Assembly (NCBI RefSeq): GCF_001194135.2
Contig: NC_069000.1
Span: 42,406,189 to 42,454,964 of the forward strand
Source of the DNA: Octopus bimaculoides
Lineage: Eukaryota
Direction: 5' to 3'
DNA: 48,776 bases
The notes beneath the pieces are model-generated. The model was given only the letters and a program-made list of their open reading frames with translations. It ran no database searches and was not told the origin of the DNA. The position numbers were made by a program, and so were the translations under genes. The number at the start of each line of letters is the position of its first letter. Position 1 is the first letter of the stretch. Below, in pieces: positions 36,571 to 48,776 of this stretch.

Positions 36571-36812
36571 ATGGATGAAACACGAGTGTTGAAACAGAAT
36601 ATCGTGCAGGCTAATCGTGAAGTTAACCACTCTGTGAAGGTCACAAACAACTTGCCGTCTGCCAACGATGTTGAGAACAAACCCGTGAATCCACATGAGA
36701 AAGTGGTAGGCATAGTAAGCGCCGTTCCCCAAGCTAGCAATACCACTACAGCTACTACTACTACTACTATTACTCACACAGTTACCAGCAATAGCAACAA
36801 CACAGGTCGAAA
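36571..36812 (+). CDS. AURKA: Aurora kinase, N-terminal coding exon
   Basis: Acceptor at 36538/36539, ATG at 36571 (AGAATGG), MDETRVLKQN...TTTATTTTITHTVTSNSNNTGR. Donor AA|gtaagt at 36812 in phase 2 fits the next exon. The symbol is approximate; A versus B/C paralog is not resolved. Confidence 0.75.
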
Positions 36813-37459
36813 GTAAGTTTTATTTTAATGTCTTCTTTTTCACCTTTCGGTGTGGCTGTGTGGTTAAGAAATTTACTTCCTAACTGCATGGTTTTGGGTT
36901 CTGTTCCACTGCATGACACCTTGGGCAAGTGGCTTTTGTAGTCTTGAATTGACTGAAGCCCTTATGAGTGGATTTGGCATGTACTCGAAGCTTGAGTGTG
37001 TGTTTGTTTCCCTGCTTTGCCAGTCTTCTGTGAAAAGCAAAGGCCGGTCATAGAGGAAATATTCATTTTGTTTGGAAACCTGGAAACTGGTGAGGTGACA
37101 GCAAAATCCCCCAGCTGAGAGAGAACTTGCTGTAACAAATCCCATCTGATAAAGTGTTACTACCGTATAAATCTCTGAGAGATTTAGAAGTCGATTATTT
37201 CTATTTTCAACATCAGTGAATGTATTTCACTTGAAAATGAAATCCTGTTTTCACGAATATACTAATGTAATTTGTGCTGAAATTCAAATTTAAATATCAA
37301 TGGTTCACTTGGCCAGTTTCAGCCAGGTTGGTTGTTTTTGCCAAAAAATTCTTTGGTTGGCTGTGGCCAGGTTGGTAACAAAAGGGTTAAATCATGATGC
37401 TGTTCTTAGGAAGTTTTAAATATTTTCCATATTTTCATGTTTTCTTTTTCTCGTTCTAG

Positions 37460-37568
37460 CAAATGGTCCTTGGGTGATTTTGATATTGGCAAACCCCTTG
37501 GTAAGGGCAAATTTGGCAGTGTCTACCTAGCACGTGAGAAGCGCAGTAAATTTATTGTTGCTTTGAAG
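37460..37568 (+). CDS. AURKA: Aurora kinase, kinase subdomains I-II
   Basis: Acceptor ttctcgttctag|C. Reads (N)[36 protein letters not shown] with the Gly-rich loop and the VALK catalytic lysine; donor AAG|gtgagt. Confidence 0.95.
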
Positions 37569-38784
37569 GTGAGTAGTTTCGTGATTTTGCTTACGAGTAT
37601 TTTAATTAACCACTTAATTTTATTGATGAATTTCAACCGTTGGGTGTTTGAAATTTAACCATCTGCGATGGAGATTTTTAAGTATTGGAATTGTAAATAA
37701 TTGAGGCTGTATTTTGGAATTGAGTATGGAAAGAAGGAAGTGTTTGAACCTCTAATGACTTTTCTCTGCAGTTTGTCATGGAGAAAAATTCTTGCTCAAG
37801 ACAAAAATGGCATCAAAATGTCACAGTTCAGAGTGCCCTTTGTTGAATGCCTGCATTTCAGACTTGTTAGTTCTCTTCGGTACCGGATACCAAGAAAGGC
37901 AACTCTGATTTGACTTGGAAGCGATGCATCCTTTATTGATAGTGCACATTGGCTTCCAGTCAGAATCTGGAACAGATATGTGAGCAGATGCTTTGAAATA
38001 GCATATAAACTTGAAACCGTATCAAATGTTTGAGAGGTATAAGAACCTGTAAAGGTGTTTCACTGCTGTTTGCTGTGGAGGAAAAAATTCTTGCTTAAGA
38101 CAAAAAAAAAATGCCCTCTTTTGGACTGATGGCCTCCTTTCAACCTTGATAGTTCTCTTCAGCAGCAGAAAGCAAGAGAGGCAAGATGAAATTTTTGTTA
38201 TGTGTAACTGGAGCCTTCAGGAGAGTTGGTATATAAAATACACATCGGTGTATTTTTGTTTTAGAATAGAGTACATCAAATTGCCGTGTGTTTTGATGGT
38301 TAAAAGGAATTGGTGACAGGAAGGACATCTGGCTGTAAATCACTCAGAAAACCTGTCCATCAGATGCTAGCATGGGAAATTGGATGTAAAACAATGGTGA
38401 TGATGATGATGATAAAAATGACCCCTTCAAGGTTAAGTAGCTTGATTCTCAGTGATATTAAGTTCAGTCTCGTGCAGCACTTTGGACATGCCATCTAGCC
38501 GAACAATTATTTTGTGCTGATGAAGGGAAATAACCCGGAAATCGCGATACCCAGATATTGTTTTAAGCTGAGTGGGGGTGCTACATTCCCTTGTTTGAAA
38601 GTATAAGGACACAGATTGTGTTGTATAGCCAGCTAGAGATGATGTCCCCTGGGGCTAAATTGCAGCAACATTTGTCCTAAACCAGGACTGCAATGTTATG
38701 TTGGCAAACAATGTAGTCCCTGAATTTTCTTTGATACTTTCAAAGGTGTTCTGTTCTCACCTTGTTTCTACATTTATTTTTCAG

Positions 38785-38864
38785 GTCTTATTTAAATCTC
38801 AGCTTCAAAGTGCCGGTGTGGAGCATCAACTGAGGAGGGAGATTGAGATTCAGTCTCATTTGAG
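38785..38864 (+). CDS. AURKA: Aurora kinase, alphaB/alphaC exon
   Basis: Acceptor atttatttttcag|GTC. Reads [27 protein letters not shown], an Aurora signature; donor AG|gtgagt (phase 2). Confidence 0.95.
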
Positions 38865-39499
38865 GTGAGTTCCTTGCAGTGTCATCGTAAAACCATTTTG
38901 CATGCTTTTGTTACCATATTTCTGTTGACATACTTTGCCCATCGTAAATTTAATGGATTCTTCCCCCCCCCCCCCACACACACTCTGTGATTGTTTGGGT
39001 GGTTCAATATTGAACAGACATTCCACAAGGCTGAGCTTAGTTCCGCTGTCTGCTTTGGTATGGTTTCTACTGCTGGATGCCCACTTTAGTGCCAAATACA
39101 TCATAGTGTACTAGATGTTTTTTTTTTTCTGTTGGTACACTGGTGAGGTCACCAATTACTGGCAAAGTAAGGCCCCTTGGTTAAGTTGCGTATAAGTATT
39201 GATGGATAAGAAGCTAAGCTAGAAGAACAAGAGGGTGTGTCTTGCTGAAGAGTTGAATTGATGACTTCCTCATCTGAAAAGAGGGGAGAGGGATGTGAGG
39301 ACAAGGTAGGCGAATACGAGATAGGATAGAACAGAAAAGGTGGATGGATATCTAAGTGTGGTATAATGAGAGTATTGTGACAGGTGATTAGAGATGAAGG
39401 ATAAGTTTGATGCAGAGGAGCAGTGAAAGAAGGAAATTTAAGATAACTTTGTCATTATTAGCTTGGTGCGAGATTTTGATGGGATTTTTTAATTTATGT

Positions 39500-39826
39500 G
39501 ATGGTGGCATATAAGAAAACCCCTTTCGAGTGTTGGGCCTCACAGAGGCAATGACAAATGACCGAGGTCTTTGGCAATATGCTGTGCTTGAGAAGAAGAC
39601 CCATCAAGCTAAGTGAAATCATAGTTGTGTTGCGCAACTGGCCTGTAAAAGCACCCATTGCACTCTGGGAGTGGTTGGCATGGGGAAGGGCATCCAGCCG
39701 TAGAAACCATGCCAAATCAGGTTGGTGTCTGATGCAGCCTCTCAGCTTACCAGCACTGGTCAAATTGTCTAACCCATGCCAGCATGGACTACGAACGTTA
39801 AATGATGATGATGATGATGATGATAG
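39500..39826 (+). mobile_element. RTE LINE 3' end plus family-B tail
   Basis: LGLTEAMTNDRGLWQYAVLEKKTHQAK* followed by the same 3' UTR and a (gat)n tail. Confidence 0.7.
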
Positions 39827-40329
39827 CTTTAACACAAAGATTGTATCAGAACCAAAGGCCTTCTCAGGTATCAAAAGGGGTTAAGCCTCATCATCATTCT
39901 ACACTTTCCATTCTGTGACATGGATTGCCAATGCCTGAGTCAGTTATATGGACTTAATGTTCTTCTTGGATGGGCAGGAGGACTGTCTTATTTGGCCCCA
40001 GTCTGATAACTTTTGAGAGTGCCTTTCAGCAAGGTCCTCTCTGTTGCAAACATTCAAACCAGGTTTCTAGTTTGTGGATACCTTCCACTCTTTCTACTAA
40101 TCTGTGGCCCTGTAAATGCGGCAACGGTGCTACCGTTCTTCTCTCCTGTGATTTAAAAGACCAGAAACAAAGAACAAAAGAATTGACTTGGCGCTTCACT
40201 TTAAATGCTTAATAAGTGTAAGGGCGATAACCATCTTGAAAGTGATAATCTTTGTGGTGGGGGACTTAATATTGTGATGAAATATATAACAAATGGCCCT
40301 AACAATTGTGCTCCGTTTAGTTTAGGGCT

Positions 40330-40590
40330 TTTCGTAGGTAGGGGATCTCAGGGTTGAAAGGATGGAAAGAGGCGGGAGGACTGGACAGACAACTGGCATT
40401 AAGAGCACCCATACTAGTCATTTTCTCAGACAGGATGATGGAATGGAGCGTTACATGGTGGGAGGGAGAGCGAGAGGAAGGCAGAGAATGAAGATGTCCG
40501 ACTGGATGAAGAAGAGATTGAATGTGCAGAGCAAGAGAGAGACAAGAATAAATGGAGGAGGAACAAGCCACGATTCATCAATGGCATAAA
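40330..40590 (+). mobile_element. RTE (BovB-like) LINE 3' fragment
   Basis: HFLRQDDGMERYMVGGRARGRQRMKMSDWMKKRL resembles the RTE terminal motif G...G.R.RGRQRMRW.D. Confidence 0.6.
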
Positions 40591-41721
40591 TCATGGCTTG
40601 TGCTATCAATGCCATGACACAAAAAAAAAGAAGAAAAAAATACTGGTGATGTGTTAGAGCAACCTGTATATTCTGTAAAGTAATTGGTATTAGGAAGGGC
40701 ATCCAGCTGTAGAAATCCTGCCAGAAAAGACGATTATTGCAGCCCCCCCCTACCTGGACGTTACGCAAAATGGATATTAACACTTTTGTTACCATATTTA
40801 TATTTAACTTGCAATATACATTATTATTAAGCTGATTCTGGATTACAAGCTAACACGAAATTTTGAAGGCAATTCAATTTTGGACCACTTTGAAACTGGA
40901 TTTTTTTATTATCAAACAACCAGAGGAGGTTTGTGGCAGGCTGGTATTAAGAGTTGAAGGATAATTGTGGTGATGATGATGATAGAAAATTAAGTGGGTT
41001 TTTATACTTCTAAAACTGTATGACCCCATGCTGAAGAACTGCAGGGATGTGATGAGAATATATAACAAATGCCATAACTATTGTACTCTTATCTTAGTTT
41101 TTCATGGGGTGCGGCTCTTACGATTGAAAGTATGGGGTGAATTGAACAGATAACCAGCACTTTGTCTTCTAATAAAGAGGGTGCAGGTTGTGGGGCTAAA
41201 TTTGGTTTTCAGGTGCAGTCCCATGGCATGGTATTATGGGCAAGTGTTTTCTTTAGCCCCAGGCCAACCAAAACCTGATGAGTTGATTTGGTGTAGGAAA
41301 CTGAAAGAAGCCTGTTTGTTGTATTTGCACATTTGAGTGTTTGTGAGTCGCAGTCGTACTCTGTGTCGTACATTTCCCGTGTTTTCTGTAAACATGTCTG
41401 GCTGTTGGGAAATATTAACCTTACTTGCAAACAGGTGAGGGTTGGTGACAGGAAAGGCACCTGGCTGCTGAATATCTCAAAAATTCCCTCTGACCCCTGA
41501 AAGCATGGAAAAGTGGGTGTGAAAACGAAAATGAGGATGGTGTTTAGACTTGGGCTCTGTACCCAAGCTCCATCTCATTTCATAGATGGAAGTCTATAAT
41601 CTTAAGAAAATCTGAAACTTTTCTGATTCTAAACATTTCTCATAATAGATTATCAACTGTGCAACACGTGTTTCTGTCCTTTCTTTTCTTTTTTTTTAGC
41701 CCCTCAATATCTGATCCTTCC

Positions 41722-42121
41722 CCAACCCTTTAACATTCAGATTACTCACTCAAAAGTAATTCTGTTTATTCACATTGTTTTAAATTAAACCTGCATTACC
41801 TTGTAGCTTTGAGATTTCTAGAATAATATTGTAGGGTTGTGGCAGATACTGGTGTCATGCAAATGGCACGCAAAAGCACTCTTGGAGTGGTTGGCATTAG
41901 GAAGGGCATCCAGCCATAGAAACCATGCCAAATCAGACTGGAGTCTGGTGCAGCCTCCCAGCTTACCAACCCTGGTCAAACCGTCCAACCCATGCCAGCA
42001 TGTACAACGGACGTTAAAAGATGATGATGGTAAGTGTGAGAGGCCAGATCTGGCCAGTTTGGAGATAAGACAAGTTGGAAATTTTGGCTGGAGATGGTTT
42101 GTTTAAATGCTGATGGGTTAA
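41722..42121. mobile_element. piggyBac-like (TTAA-type) MITE interrupted by a family-B insertion; sister copy at about 35873-36060
   Basis: aaccctttaacattcagattact ... tttaaatgctgatgggttaa ends, with the nested tail repeat at 41838-42030. Confidence 0.55.
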
Positions 42122-44344
42122 CACTTCAGTAAGGCCAGTGTCGGGAAAGAAAAGCAGTTAGTACACTCTGGGAAGTGGTTGGTGTTATGCAGGACATCTG
42201 ACCATAGAAACCTTACCAAAGCCGACACTGGAGATTGATGCAGCCCTCAAGCTAGTTCGGGGCTGTCCAACCCAGGCCTGTATGGAATACAGATACACTA
42301 ATATCTCATTTTACTAGGAGCTGCTTTACGAGTTTTATTTTTTAAGCTCAAGATCCAAATTTTGAATGAAGTGTAAATGCTTCTGCTACCATAGCATATT
42401 CTTCTGCATGTTATTTGAGAAATTTACAGAAAGTGAAAGAAAGCTTCTTCTAAGCAAACAACTCTAGACTTGTTTTTCAAAAAGAAATCTACGAGTCTGT
42501 CTATAAGTGCTTGTGAATCGGTGACCATGTCTACAAGTGATGGTGTGCACGATTCTAGTGTGAATGAAAGTGATTCAGAAGAAAGATATTTTTTTAATTG
42601 ATCTAGTCTTCATATTTTATCAACGTTAGACTGTTTTTTTTTCTTCCAAGGAAGGTAACTCTGGATAGCAATTCACTCTGACAAGCGAATGTTGTCTCCC
42701 CTGCTCCAAAGAACGCGAGAGCAATATCTGGTGACATACACTAGGAATTCTATATTTCCTTAATTAGCTGCCTCTGAGGAGAAACCCTTATGATAAAATA
42801 TAATTTTTTTTATTATCAGTTTAGTCTTTAAAACTGATTGCTACGTTTCGAAACACCTGTGACATATGTCACAAAATATATAATTTCAAATTCCACTTTT
42901 CCCTTATAGGAATCGAAAAGTAAATTAAGTACAAGGCTGTGAAGGGAAATGCTCAAGTAAAAGCCGAGACNNNNNNNNNNNNNNNNNNNNNNNNNNNNNN
43001 NNNNNNNNNNNNNNNNNNNNNNNNNNNNNNNNNNNNNNNNNNNNNNNNNNNNNNNNNNNNNNNNNNNNNNNNNNNNNNNNNNNNNNNNNNNNNNNNNNNN
43101 NNNNNNNNNNNNNNNNNNNNNNNNNNNNNNNNNNNNNNNNNNNNNNNNNNNNNNNNNNNNNNNNNNNNNNNNNNNNNNNNNNNNNNNNNNNNNNNNNNNN
43201 NNNNNNNNNNNNNNNNNNNNNNNNNNNNNNNNNNNNNNNNNNNNNNNNNNNNNNNNNNNNNNNNNNNNNNNNNNNNNNNNNNNNNNNNNNNNNNNNNNNN
43301 NNNNNNNNNNNNNNNNNNNNNNNNNNNNNNNNNNNNNNNNNNNNNNNNNNNNNNNNNNNNNNNNNNNNNNNNNNNNNNNNNNNNNNNNNNNNNTATGGTG
43401 TGAATATATGGGGGTGATTTGAAATTGTATGACCAATTTTGGGTGTTAGTAGAGCCGGACTTTGCATTGAAAGAAGTGCGCAAACCATTACTAGAATGAC
43501 TGGTTGAACTTGGCGGTGGGGGGACTTCCTATTGTTTTTCTCCTGTGAAAATTACTTTTAAGGAATTGAAAATAATTCCATTTTTTTTTTCTGTTCCATC
43601 AGGATGCATTTTCTTTGAGTGTTCTTGAAGCCTTGATGGTTTCATCGCTTCATTTGTTAATGTCTTTTCACAGAGTAAACAGAATGGTTGCTGTTGGTCG
43701 TGTGGGGCTGCAATAAACCCCTACTGCCGGACAACCAGTATTGATTTGTATACGTCCCCGTCAATGAGCGGTTTGGCAAAAGGGACTGATAGAATAAATA
43801 CCAGGCACTAAATATAAGCCTTGGGGTCGATTTTGAATAATGTGCATACATACTTTTATTCTTTTGCTTGTTTCAGTCCCCAAGCTGCTTTTTATGTGTC
43901 ACCAGCATAGCAACCAGTCTGCGGCCCTGACAACGGCCACGCTCGCTCATGTTTTTATGAATAATTTTCGTTAGATATCTTTCATTTTATGTCTGCTTTT
44001 CCCCTGGTAACATGTGTTAGAGGCAAATATGTATGCTATTGCATACATATTTGTTTTACAACTGGATGTCTCTTCTAATGCTAACTTTTACCCGTTTTTA
44101 ATTAGAGGCCTTAATGAGATGAAGCGAGCAGATTTGCTGACAGAACTGCAAACAGGAACATTGCTCATATATCGTGACTTTAGTATAAGCAATAGGCAGG
44201 TGTAATTACAAGCTTGTGGACACACACACACATATGCACACATTCGAGGAGACAGCTGTCTTTTTCAGTGTTTCCCTCTCTCTCTCAGAGAGGCACAAGC
44301 ACTTAGACGCATGTACACACACAGCAGTAACCACCTACTAAATT

Positions 44345-45200
44345 CACTCGTTGCCAGTGCCCCTGGACTGGCTTTTGTGTGGGTGGCACATAAAAGACAC
44401 CATTTCAAGCGTGGCCGTTGCCAGTACCGCCTGACTGGCCTTCGTGCGGGTGACACGTAAAAGCACCCACTACACTCTGAGTGGTTGGCATTAGGAAGGG
44501 CATCCAGCTGTAGAAACTCTGCCAAATTAGATTGGAGCCTGGTGTTGCCATCCGGTTTCACCAGTCCTCAGTCAAATCGTCCAACCCATGCTAGCATGGA
44601 AAGCGGACGTTAAATGATGATGATGACCCAGGGCTATTGTAGAAGACCCTTAGTCTAAGGTAGAATGCTGTGGGATTGAAACCAACACCTCATAGTTGTG
44701 AAGTAAACTTCTTAGTCACACATAAGCGTAGCAATTTTTTTCTTTATATACACTGCATCCCTGCCATTTAGTCTCAGGGAGGCCCTTTCCATGTAGGGTT
44801 CCTCGCATCTGCACTAAGCTATTCATGTAGGTAGTCATTCATCACCATCATTTAACATCTGTTTTCTATGCTGGCATGGGTTGGATGGTTTGACAGGAGC
44901 TGGCAAATCAGAGGGCTGCAAGGCTCCAGTTGTCTGTTCTGGCAGGGTTTCTACAGCTGGATATCTTTCCTGACGCCAACCACTTCAGAGTGAACTAGGT
45001 GGTTTTTTTTTTTTCTTTTTACTTTGTGTCGGTACAGATGCTTTTCACTTGGTGCCACCGGCATGAGTGCTTTTTTCATGTGGCATCAGCATGGGTGCTC
45101 TTTGTGTATCCTCTGTGTATTAAACGTGGTGCCAATGTTGGTGCTTTATGTGGCACTGGTATGGGTGCTTTTTGCGTGATACTGGCACAAACATGACACC
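44345..45200. mobile_element. Family-B tail repeats, plus copy 44345-44628 and minus copy 44845-45200; others at about 58-420, 17815-17995, 20486-20705, 35705-35860, 38310-38415, 39030-39150, 41838-42030 and 47763-48010
   Basis: Shared gagtggttggcattaggaagggcatccagctgtagaaac...ccaacccatgc.agcatggaaagcggacgttaaa(tga)n. Confidence 0.8.
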
Positions 45201-48200
45201 AGCACAGAATTTTAATTTTGAAGGGAAGGGACAGTGCCCAATGGTCTTTGCAGATTTGTGAGTTCAATGCTGTTGATTTGGTTATGTGAACTACTACAAG
45301 ATTGATGGCTGTAGGGATGAAATTTCATAAGTTTGTAGTTGGGGAAGGAGAGCAAATGAATGATGGTTGGGTTACGTGTTAAGTATAGCTATAGCTGAAT
45401 GACTTACAAGTTCAGCCAACAACCAGATGGTCTTGAGTTCCAACCCTTCATGTGGCACCTTGTGTTAGGAAGATGGTTTCTGTTGCAACCTCAGGCCAAG
45501 CAATGCCTTTTGGAATACAAACCATATAGAAGCTTTTGTATGTGTGTGGTAGTGGTGGTAGTAGCTGTGTGCTGAATCAGTTTGCTTCCCAAGCATGTAG
45601 TTATGGGTTCAGTCCCATTGTGTGGTATCTTGGAGAAGTGTATTTTACTAAATAGGTCTGGGCTGGTCAAAACCTTGTGGGTGCATTTGATTGATGGAAA
45701 CTAAAGAAGCCTGTTGCATAGTGTGTGTGTGTGTGTGCGTGCGCGCGCATTTCTTTTGTTTTGCCATCATGTTACAGTCGTAAATGAGTGTCACTGTCAC
45801 ACAAGCAGTGTCATTCTTTTCCAATCTTCTGTGCAAACATGTCTGGGTCATTTTCTGTATTTGCTGATAGGTTTGCTTCTGTTGCTGTTTGTAGAGAATA
45901 TGGAGTTAGGGCGTTTGATATGCATAGGTTTTCTGTTGATGTTGAAGGATATTGTCAAGTTTTCTGCTCACAAAATTGACATAAGTCTAACAGGAGATAT
46001 TTGGGTTGTCTGAAGAAGGGCCCAGGGCTGAATTGTTGGTGTGCCACACAAAATGCTTAACATTTCTTCTTGACTTTATGTTGTCGGTTCAAATTCTGCC
46101 CAGGTCGACTTGGTCTCTCGTCCTTTCAGCATTGATAAAATGATGTATCAGTCAAAGTATCTGGGTTACTGTAATCGACTTCAGCCTTCCTGCTAAAAAT
46201 TGCAGGCCTGGTGCCAAAATGTGAAATTGAATCATTAGTAGACTGACAAAATGCTTAGCAGCATTTGTCAGTCTTACATTGTGAGTTCAGATTCCACCAG
46301 GGTCAAGTTTGCTTTTTATCCTTTTGAGGTTGACAAAATAAGTCCCAGGAAGCACTGGGGCCGATGTAATCAACTAACCTTCCACTCCAGAATTTCTGGC
46401 CTTGTGCCTTACAGTAAAAAGAATTGTTAGTGCACAAACAAAATACTTAGTGGAACTTAAACCTGAAAAAAATGCCACCAAGGTTGACTTTTCCTTTGGC
46501 ATTAGAAAGGGCATCCATCTGTGAAAACCATGCCAAAGTAGCCTTCACCGATGCTGGTGCCAAAGGACCCAGTCCCCCTCTGTAAAGTGGTTGGCACTAA
46601 GGAAATCCAGCCATAAAAGCAATGCCAAAACAGATCTCACCAATGCTAGTATCAAGGAACTTTTGGTAAAATAGATTCCATTCAGTCACTGGGGTCAATG
46701 AAGTCAATTGTCTTCATCCCCAAAATTTCACCCTTGTGCTTATAATGTTTTCTGAGCTGGCATGGGTTGGATGGTTTGACAGGAGCTGGCAAATCAAGAG
46801 GGTTGCTAGGCTCCAGTTGCCTGTTCTGACAAAATGCTTAATGCCATTTCTTTCGTCTTTACATTCCGAGTGTAAATTCTGTCATGATTGACTTCGCTTT
46901 TCATTCATTTGTGGTCGATAAAGTGAATACCTCAGCTCACAAATTTCCAGCTTTCTACTGTAGCCCTTGGTTGACTAAAGCCTTGTGAGTGCATTTCGTT
47001 GAAAGAAACTGAAAACCTATATCCATCTCCTTGGTTTGACTTTTGTGTGATTGTTATAAATAAAACGTCGGTCATTTCTGAAAATATGCTGTGCGTGAGA
47101 AGACCCGGCAAGACAAGTGAGACCATAACTCGTCCCCTTTACCAGGAGTGTGGCCTGCCCCCCTATGCATTCCTTTCTTTCTTTGGACACAAAACCCTGC
47201 TTGCGAAGACCTGTTGGGGCAAGTGAAATCGAAATTGAACAAAATTTGATGACTGGCACCCATGCCAACCTTCCCTCATTGGACACTAAGCTCAGCTTGC
47301 GAAGACCCGTTTGGGCAAGTGAGATCGAAACTGAACCAAATTTGATGACTGGCCCCTGTGCCAGTGGAAGACCTGGCAAGCCAAGTGAGACCATAATCTT
47401 TGGCCTCTGCCAAGAGTGTAGCCTGCTCACTTATTCGTACCTTTCCTCCATTGGACACTAAACTCCNNNNNNNNNNNNNNNNNNNNNNNNNNNNNNNNNN
47501 NNNNNNNNNNNNNNNNNNNNNNNNNNNNNNNNNNNNNNNNNNNNNNNNNNNNNNNNNNNNNNNNNNNNNNNNNNNNNNNNNNNNNNNNNNNNNNNNNNNN
47601 NNNNNNNNNNNNNNNNNNNNNNNNNNNNNNNNNNNNNNNNNNNNNNNNNNNNNNNNNNNNNNNNNNNNNNNNNNNNNNNNNNNNNNNNNNNNNNNNNNNN
47701 NNNNNNNNNNNNNNNNNNNNNNNNNNNNNNNNNNNNNNNNNNNNNNNNNNNNNNNNNNNNNNTAGCATCTGTGCCAGTGGAGCACTAACAGCACCGTCCG
47801 AGCATGATCACTGCCAGAGCAGCTGTCTGGCACGTAAATAGCATCATTTGAGTGTGATCGTTACCAGCGTCGCCTTACTGGCACTTGTGCTGGTGGCATG
47901 TTAGAAATCATTCGAGTGAGGTCGTTGCCAGTACTGCCTGACTGGCCGTAAAAGCGCCCACTACACTCTCGGAGTGGTTGGCGTTAGGAAGGGCATCCAG
48001 CTGTAGAAACATCAACTACAAGCTTTCTTCAGCTTAATTCAAATTGGTTCTGAGACGTGCAATTAAAACCATTCCAGTTTTTTTTTGTTTTTTTTCATGC
48101 TTTTAAAAACATTTGCTGAGATCAATGTAGTCTGATAAATTGACTAAAATTGTTGTTTTTTTTTCCATAATTAAAAAAAAAAAAAATTTTTTTTTTTAAA

Positions 48201-48776
48201 TTTATAAATCTATAGTAGAAAACGATTAAACTTGGTGCACCAGAGTTTACTGTATGCTTGTGTATTCTCACTCCACTGTCCTAAATTATCACAATTGATT
48301 GCTTTGATGACAGCTTGGTCATAAATATTGCTTTTTTGATAGTGCAAGTCTAATACATATAACAAAAGGGAAAGATCAGTAGATTTAAAAGACAAGGCAA
48401 TATGTTCATGGCCCCCCTGAACCCCACATGCACCCACACTGTGTGGGGTGTGGAAGGTAACACATTTCTTTAATAACTAGGTGTCTGATGCAAGTTAATC
48501 CAAAAGCCTAATCTGAAGCATTGTTTAAACAGTGACAGCTTCATTAGTAATTAGCATCAAGTGTTATGTCAACACAGAATCACAGCTTTTGAGGTGTTCA
48601 CTTGATTTAATTAATCTTATAACGATATTAACTATGAACATTATAAGCTTTTCTCTGTTTATCTTAATAAGTATAATGCTTTTCTACTTTAGGCTTGAAG
48701 TCTTGCAGGGAAGGGCCCGGGTGGGTGTAAGTTGGTTACATCGTCAGTACGTGATTTAAGGCAGACGAAAATGTTG

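Overview
AT-rich, microsatellite- and SINE-saturated animal genomic DNA with about 11 assembly gaps. The repeat content is typical of an octopus (coleoid cephalopod); the species is inferred, not proven. Three protein-coding genes are supported by hand-traced splicing. (1) The last coding exon of a FAM210B-like gene on + (621-846). (2) A 3-exon gene on the minus strand that the ORF track misses as a unit (9429-9410, 8380-8242, 7407-6988). It encodes a 192-aa single-pass membrane protein with a Gln/Pro-rich tail carrying three PPxY motifs, i.e. a WBP1/VOPP1/PRR7-like candidate NEDD4-family adaptor. (3) The 5' half of an Aurora kinase gene on + (coding exons 36571-36812, 37460-37568, 38785-38864), preceded by a CCAAT/MYB/CHR-like promoter near 32.0-32.2 kb. 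The rest is intronic or intergenic: tRNA-derived SINEs of at least three families, RTE and CR1 LINE fragments (one ending in three C2H2 fingers), hAT/piggyBac-type MITEs, long palindromes and inverted SINE pairs. No CRISPR, rRNA or true tRNA genes were found. I see no clear new multi-gene system; the best leads are the PY-motif membrane gene, the FAM210B-Aurora linkage and the Aurora promoter architecture.
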